DNA of 39,455 bases from Candidatus Binatia bacterium (GTDB taxonomy: Bacteria; Desulfobacterota; Binatia; UBA9968). The first letter of the stretch is position 1. Each line of letters begins with the position of its first letter. The stretch spans positions 1 through 39,455 of the forward strand of contig DASWCL010000292.1 in the NCBI GenBank assembly GCA_036390135.1, written 5' to 3'. The translations under genes were made by a program, and so were the position numbers. The notes beneath the pieces are model-generated. The model worked only from the letters and a program-made list of their open reading frames with translations. It was not told the origin of the DNA and searched no databases. Shown piece after piece: positions 35,071 through 39,455 of the stretch.

Positions 35071-35697
35071 TTAACGCCGGAAGTTGTTCGGCCAAATATC
35101 GATGATTTCCGTTGACGACGCTACACGGCCGTAGTGCTTCTTGACCAGAGCGACGGCATCGTGGTGCGCTTGTGGACCGTAGGTGGTGGCGCAGCAGTCT
35201 TCGACGAGGGTGATATAATAGTCGAGCATGAAGCCAACGGTGAGAGTATGAAAAACGCACATGCCGGTGCCCACGCCGGCGATGAGAAGACTCTTCACGC
35301 CGCGAGCGCGCAGCAGCATGTCGAGATCGGTACCGATAAAAGCGCTGTAGCGATGCTTCGTCACGATCATTTCTTCGGGTCGCGGTTGTAATCCCTCGTG
35401 AAACTCAGCGCCCCACGTGCCGTCGGCGCAGGCGAGCAGCTCGGGATTCTTAAACTCCGTCCAGACCGGTGAGTTCGTCCATCGGTTGCCCGAGGTTCTG
35501 ACGAAGCAGATGGGAAAATGATGCCGGCGGGCTTGGTTTACGAGATTGACCAGACGCGGAATCATGTTCTCGACGAACGCCATATCGCGTCCCCGCTTGC
35601 AGGCGGCGCCGTCGCGGTGACAAAAGTCGTTTTGCATGTCGACGACGATCAACATGCCATGCTTTGAGTCAACGCGCTCTTCTAGAGATAGAGCCAT
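35071..35697 (-). CDS. Isochorismatase-family cysteine hydrolase
   Basis: 208 aa. Asp in LIVVDMQNDF, Lys in VTKHRYSAF and Cys nucleophile in GVGTGMCV form a D-K-C triad pattern. Confidence 0.85.
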   Translation of the reverse strand: MALSLEERVDSKHGMLIVVDMQNDFCHRDGAACKRGRDMAFVENMIPRLVNLVNQARRHHFPICFVRTSGNRWTNSPVWTEFKNPELLACADGTWGAEFHEGLQPRPEEMIVTKHRYSAFIGTDLDMLLRARGVKSLLIAGVGTGMCVFHTLTVGFMLDYYITLVEDCCATTYGPQAHHDAVALVKKHYGRVASSTEIIDIWPNNFRR

Positions 35698-35708
35698 AGT
35701 TCGAACCC

Positions 35709-36716
35709 CTAGTCGTAGAGTTTTTTGATGAAACCGCTGTCGTCCAGTTCTTTCACTAAGCTGTTGTCGATGAACGATCTGGGGTCCGCGGTGCGCGCTT
35801 TCGGATTATCTTTGGCGAGGAATTCAAGCACCGTGTTGACCCCTTTCAACGACGGGTAAGGCGTGTTTTCAAAGTACCCCGAACTGTAAAGCGCGTGCGA
35901 GCGTTCCAAATATTTCGTCTGTGACGGCGCCGTGCGCAGTTTCCTGGCGAGTACGTCGATGCTTTCTTTGCGGTTCTTTTTAAAAAAAGCGATGCCTTCG
36001 ATATATCCCCGCAGAAATCGCAGCGCCACGTCATGATGCGTGCGAATGAAGGCGCGGGTCGTATCGATCATGCTGTGCAGGTAGTAAATGTCCATATCAC
36101 CGAGATCGGCGAGCACGCGATAGCCTTGATCTTCGGCGAAGAAAAAAGTCGGCTCGGTCAGCACGGCGGCGTCAATGCCGCCTTTCTCGAGCGAGGCCAT
36201 CATGGCGGGCGAAGATCCGATTTGCATCGTCTGTACATCGTTGGGATTCATGCCCCAAGCGCGCAGCATCATCGATAGTACCAAGTGCGACGCCGCGCCG
36301 AGACGGGTCACCCCGACCCGCTTGCCACGCAAGTCCTCAGGTTTCTTTATATCACCGCGGGCCATGACCCGTTGAACGCCCCGGTTAACGATGGAAGCGA
36401 TCATGACCACGTCGGCGCCATTGAGGCCCGCGCTAATGACTGCCCCGCCGGCGCCGCCGAGAAATTGCACGTCTCCGGCAATTAGGGAGCTAACCCCGCC
36501 TGCCGACGCTCCGCCGATCAAAACAACTTCGCTTTCGATGCCATGCCTTTTGAACAGCCCTTTGTCCTCGGCGATCCATAAGGCCGCATTGATCGGTGTA
36601 AAGGAACTGAGGCCGACGCGGATGCGATCGGCGGGAAAAGCCGGCGGGCTGAGGCAAAGACCGACCCAGAGCACGAGAACACGGATGACGAAAAATTTCG
36701 TTGTCATGGAGTTCAT
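35709..36716 (-). CDS. ABC-type substrate-binding protein, NMT1/THI5-like
   Basis: Trimmed to the ATG at 36716 (MNSMTTKFFVIRVLVLWVGLCLSPPAFPA signal peptide; GGAG RBS). DLRGKRVGVTRLGAASH and GGIDAAVLTEP blocks are paralogous to 7012..8043. Confidence 0.8.
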   Translation of the reverse strand: MNSMTTKFFVIRVLVLWVGLCLSPPAFPADRIRVGLSSFTPINAALWIAEDKGLFKRHGIESEVVLIGGASAGGVSSLIAGDVQFLGGAGGAVISAGLNGADVVMIASIVNRGVQRVMARGDIKKPEDLRGKRVGVTRLGAASHLVLSMMLRAWGMNPNDVQTMQIGSSPAMMASLEKGGIDAAVLTEPTFFFAEDQGYRVLADLGDMDIYYLHSMIDTTRAFIRTHHDVALRFLRGYIEGIAFFKKNRKESIDVLARKLRTAPSQTKYLERSHALYSSGYFENTPYPSLKGVNTVLEFLAKDNPKARTADPRSFIDNSLVKELDDSGFIKKLYD

Positions 36717-36837
36717 CGGGTCGCTCCGATCTTCGATGCGCAATGGGATTGGCGGCCGAGTTGAACAGCGCGATGCTCGCCGCAGTCGCGGAAAAGCAAC
36801 GGCTTGCCTACGCATGCGGCCGCCCGAAGCCGCCTTC

Positions 36838-37650
36838 CTATTTCCGATCTTCCGGTTTCACGTACTTTACCGTTCCGCCGCCTTTTTGCGAGTGGAGATA
36901 ACCTTCCACGTCGTTGAGCGGGTTGGTGTAGTAACGCAGGCGGTGCTGCACGAGATCGTCGGTGCGCAGCGCCATGTCGAAGGGCAAGTCTTTCTGCATG
37001 TAGGCGGCGATCTTGGCGTTCTCCAAGGTCGCGCCGTTGCGGCTGGCGAGCTCTTTTGCCAGCGTGTCGACGTAGCTATCGAGGTCTTTCTCCGCCACGA
37101 CATCGGAAACCAAACCGATCCGCTCCGCTTCGACGCCAGTTAAGTTTCTACCGGTGAGGGAAATGAAGAAAGCCTTCTTGAACGGAATGCCGGCATGAAA
37201 GAGCGATGGTGTCGCTGTGGCACCGTAGCTGCCTCGGATAATCTCGGGCATGCCGAACTTTGCCGTTTCGGTGCTGATCACCAAGTCGTGGCCATTGATT
37301 AAAGCGAGTCCGCCGCCGAGACACCAGCCGCGCACTTTGGCAACGGTGACTTGTGGGAGCTTGCGCATGATGTCGACGATTTCAGCGACGCCGCCGAAGC
37401 CGCGGGTGCGGCGGCGATTATCTTGCCCGCGCATGTCGTAGAGATCGCGGCCGGAAGAGTAAGAATCGCCTGCGCCGGCGGTGACGATGCAGCGAATTTG
37501 ATCATTTTCGGCGAGGGAGCGCAGGAGACTCGACAGTTCGGCGAGCAAGACGATGCTCAGCGCGTTTTTCTTTTCGGGGCGGCTGAGCGTTAGCCAGGCG
37601 ATGCCTGCGTTTTCGTCGATGTTGGCGTTGATGAGTTTGGTATCCGACAT
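36838..37650 (-). CDS. Enoyl-CoA hydratase/isomerase (crotonase) family protein
   Basis: 270 aa. LSRPEKKNAL, GAGDSYSSGRDL and GWCLGGGLAL...FGMPEIIRGSYG are typical crotonase oxyanion-hole and catalytic segments. GGAG RBS. Confidence 0.85.
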   Translation of the reverse strand: MSDTKLINANIDENAGIAWLTLSRPEKKNALSIVLLAELSSLLRSLAENDQIRCIVTAGAGDSYSSGRDLYDMRGQDNRRRTRGFGGVAEIVDIMRKLPQVTVAKVRGWCLGGGLALINGHDLVISTETAKFGMPEIIRGSYGATATPSLFHAGIPFKKAFFISLTGRNLTGVEAERIGLVSDVVAEKDLDSYVDTLAKELASRNGATLENAKIAAYMQKDLPFDMALRTDDLVQHRLRYYTNPLNDVEGYLHSQKGGGTVKYVKPEDRK

Positions 37651-37670
37651 TTTAATTCTCCGTTGGTTTA

Positions 37671-37718
37671 GTTCCGTTCAAAGGTTCAAAAGTTCAAGGT
37701 TCGGTTCAATGTCAAGTT
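37671..37718. repeat. Tandem GTTCAA-unit repeat (single arm)
   Basis: GTTCC GTTCAAAG GTTCAAAA GTTCAAG GTTCG GTTCAAT GTCAA, in the 116-bp spacer between the amidohydrolase stop and the crotonase start. The core GTTCAAAAGTTCAAGG is shared with 38804..38874. Confidence 0.6.
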
Positions 37719-37766
37719 ACGTCGCGATACGCAGTGACGAAGGCGCAAGCAGCCGTGGCGGCGAGA

Positions 37767-38771
37767 TTAGAATCGATAGAAAGACCGCGCGTTGTCGGCG
37801 AGAATCTTTTGCTTGGTCTTGTCAGAAATGTCCTTGCGCCGGACGACTTGGCTCACGCTATGCGGCCATTCCATGTCCCAATGCGGGTAGTCGGATGCGT
37901 ACATCATGCAGTCGTCGCCGAACTGTTCGATAACCAGTGCTAGCGCAGACTCTTCGCCTTCGCAGGTGAAGTAGCAGCGATGATCCTTGATGTATTCGCT
38001 CGGCAGCAGCTTGAGCGGCTCCATCTCGGATTTGCGCAGTAAATATTTTTCGTCGAAGCGCTCCATCCAGTAGGGTAAGAAGCCGACGCCGGCTTCGAGA
38101 AAGCCGACTTTGAGTTTCGGAAAACGGTCGAGCACGCCGTTGGAGATCACCGACACGATCGACAGCATCTGCTCGAACGGATGCGACGTCATGTGCACGC
38201 CGATATATTTGTGAAAGCGCGTGTTGCCGACCGCAACCTGCGCGGTGGCGTGAAAGCCGACCGGCACGCCGAGTTCCTGCGCTTCGGCGTAGATCGGATC
38301 GAACTGCGGTTGGCCAAGATCCAAGCCTTGCTGGACATAAGTCGGCATCATCACGCCGACGGCGCCCTTCTCGGTCACCGCGCGGCGGACTTCCTTGACC
38401 GCTTCCAACACGACTTGCGGCGCGATGACCGCGGCATATTTGATCCGATTACCGCTGCGCTTACAGAAATCGCAAGCCCAATCGTTGTACGCCTTGGCCA
38501 ACTCAACGGCGAGATCGAGCTCGCGCACCAGGCCGATGGCGAGCGCATTGCTTGGATAGGCGACGGCGTCACCGATTTTTTCCACGTCGAGGTCTTTGCA
38601 GTATTCGTCAGCATTGGTCGGCTTGCGACCGGTCGTGCCGTTTAAAAAAATATCCCAGCCAAAGGATGGAAAGTAAGGACCGCTGCGGGCGCGATATTTC
38701 TCCGGCAAATAATTTTTGTATGCCGGCTCGTCCAAGTGATGGGCGTCGGCGTCGATGATCGTAAATTCCAC
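37767..38771 (-). CDS. Amidohydrolase_2 family metal-dependent hydrolase
   Basis: 334 aa, GTG start with a GGAGG RBS. N-terminal IIDADAHHLDEP and C-terminal ASDYPHWDMEWP motifs. Paralogous in fold to 8831..9976. Confidence 0.85.
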   Translation of the reverse strand: MEFTIIDADAHHLDEPAYKNYLPEKYRARSGPYFPSFGWDIFLNGTTGRKPTNADEYCKDLDVEKIGDAVAYPSNALAIGLVRELDLAVELAKAYNDWACDFCKRSGNRIKYAAVIAPQVVLEAVKEVRRAVTEKGAVGVMMPTYVQQGLDLGQPQFDPIYAEAQELGVPVGFHATAQVAVGNTRFHKYIGVHMTSHPFEQMLSIVSVISNGVLDRFPKLKVGFLEAGVGFLPYWMERFDEKYLLRKSEMEPLKLLPSEYIKDHRCYFTCEGEESALALVIEQFGDDCMMYASDYPHWDMEWPHSVSQVVRRKDISDKTKQKILADNARSFYRF

Positions 38772-38803
38772 TATCGAACCTCCGAGTGAAATTGGTTCCT
38801 AAC

Positions 38804-38874
38804 GATTGAACCTTGAACTTTTGAACGGTTGAACGAACGGCGTTGTTCAAGGTTCAAAAGTTCAAAGGTCAATC
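38804..38874. repeat. About 70-bp imperfect palindrome built from inverted arms of the GTTCAA-unit repeat
   Basis: The left arm GATTGAACCTTGAACTTTTGAACGGTTGAACGAACG pairs with the right arm CGTTGTTCAAGGTTCAAAAGTTCAAAGGTCAATC (a 14-nt perfect core plus flanks with single indels). It lies in the 120-bp spacer between the permease stop and the amidohydrolase start. Confidence 0.65.
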
Positions 38875-38891
38875 GGAGCCAGCGATTGCAA

Positions 38892-39455
38892 CTAGTCTTG
38901 CAGCCCGTAACGCTGCGCGATGTTAAGAAAGACCGAGCCGACGAACACGGTGCCGATCGTGATAATCAGACTGAAAGCGGCCAGTTCGCCGACGTGGCCG
39001 TTGTCCCACAGCTCCCAGATCGTCACCGCCACCACCTGCGAACCCGGTGAATAAAGCAGCAGCGCGATCGATAGCTCTTTGAACGTGATCAGAAAAATAT
39101 AGATCCAGCCGGCCAGCAACGCGGGCATGATCAGCGGCATGACGACGTGGCGGATCATCTGGAAGAAGGTAGCGCCGCTTGCCATGGCGCCTTCTTCAAG
39201 CTCTTTATGCAGGCTCAATAAGGCCGAATGGCTGAAGCGTATGCCGTACGGCAGATAGCGGGCGGTGAACGCTAAAACCAAAATCCAGATCGTCCCATAA
39301 ACCGGGATGGGCAGGATCAAGTACATTTTCAAGATCGCGATGCCCATGACGATGCCGGGAAACACCAGAGGCAGCATCGACATTTGGTCGAGTAACCAGC
39401 GTCCCTTGATCGATGCGCGCACGATCAGCCAGGCGGCGAAAAAAGTGATGACGAC
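38892..39455 (-). CDS. ABC transporter permease (Fe3+/FbpB-AfuB-like), C-terminal part; gene continues beyond the window
   Basis: The reading frame is open to the window end. EAA-loop motif EEGAMASGATFFQMIRHVVMPLIMP and multiple hydrophobic helices. Confidence 0.8.
   Translation of the reverse strand, partial: VVITFFAAWLIVRASIKGRWLLDQMSMLPLVFPGIVMGIAILKMYLILPIPVYGTIWILVLAFTARYLPYGIRFSHSALLSLHKELEEGAMASGATFFQMIRHVVMPLIMPALLAGWIYIFLITFKELSIALLLYSPGSQVVAVTIWELWDNGHVGELAAFSLIITIGTVFVGSVFLNIAQRYGLQD

Noticed and set aside
8054-35697. Nicotinate/maleamate-type pathway (maleate isomerase plus isochorismatase-like amidase)
   Set aside because: The two genes are about 26 kb apart in different blocks, and the isomerase-like protein lacks the catalytic cysteines. 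No other nic-type genes were recognised.
1-39455. Scan for CRISPR arrays, tRNA/rRNA genes, transposases, integrases, toxin-antitoxin pairs and phage or defence genes
   Set aside because: There are no regularly spaced direct repeats, no cloverleaf-like or rRNA-like segments in the few intergenic regions, and no ORF with recombinase, nuclease or defence motifs recognisable by eye.

Overview
The window is 39.5 kb of moderately GC-rich bacterial DNA, densely coding. I found no rRNA, tRNA, CRISPR array, transposase, integrase, phage gene or transcription-factor gene. All function calls come from reading motifs in the supplied translations; no database search was possible. The content looks like a catabolic/accessory neighbourhood of an uncultivated soil or sediment bacterium (taxonomy is inference only). 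Genes fall into five strand blocks. (1) A minus-strand run from about 20786 down to 797 includes 12 tightly spaced genes (14222 to 797). These mix five periplasmic ABC substrate-binding proteins (SBPs) with metal-dependent amidohydrolases, an alpha/beta hydrolase, a deacetylase, an MmgE/PrpD protein, an SDR epimerase and a racemase-like protein. Upstream on the same strand lie a BoxB-like diiron oxygenase with a thioredoxin-like 2Fe-2S ferredoxin and a NuoF-like flavoprotein, then ptsP (EI-Ntr) and an AmmeMemoRadiSam-type radical SAM enzyme. (2) A plus block (20881-25191) holds a VOC protein, an enolase-superfamily racemase/epimerase, a D-aminoacylase, a 450-bp AT-richer non-coding region with a near-consensus sigma-54 promoter, and two tandem paralogous small secreted proteins that overlap out of frame. 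(3) A minus block (25281-29273) holds a Tat-exported IorB-like molybdopterin subunit, an SBP and a dienelactone hydrolase. (4) A plus block (29445-34992) holds a secreted M16 peptidase pair and an 806-aa tandem fusion of two family III CoA-transferase domains. (5) A minus block (35071 to the window end) holds an isochorismatase-like hydrolase, an SBP, an enoyl-CoA hydratase, an amidohydrolase and a partial ABC permease, with a GTTCAA-unit repeat in two of its intergenic spacers. The most interesting candidates are the BoxB-like oxygenase with non-canonical electron-transfer partners, the sigma-54-driven overlapping small secreted paralogs, the GTTCAA repeat family, the fused double CoA-transferase, and the seven SBP genes with almost no transporter membrane components.
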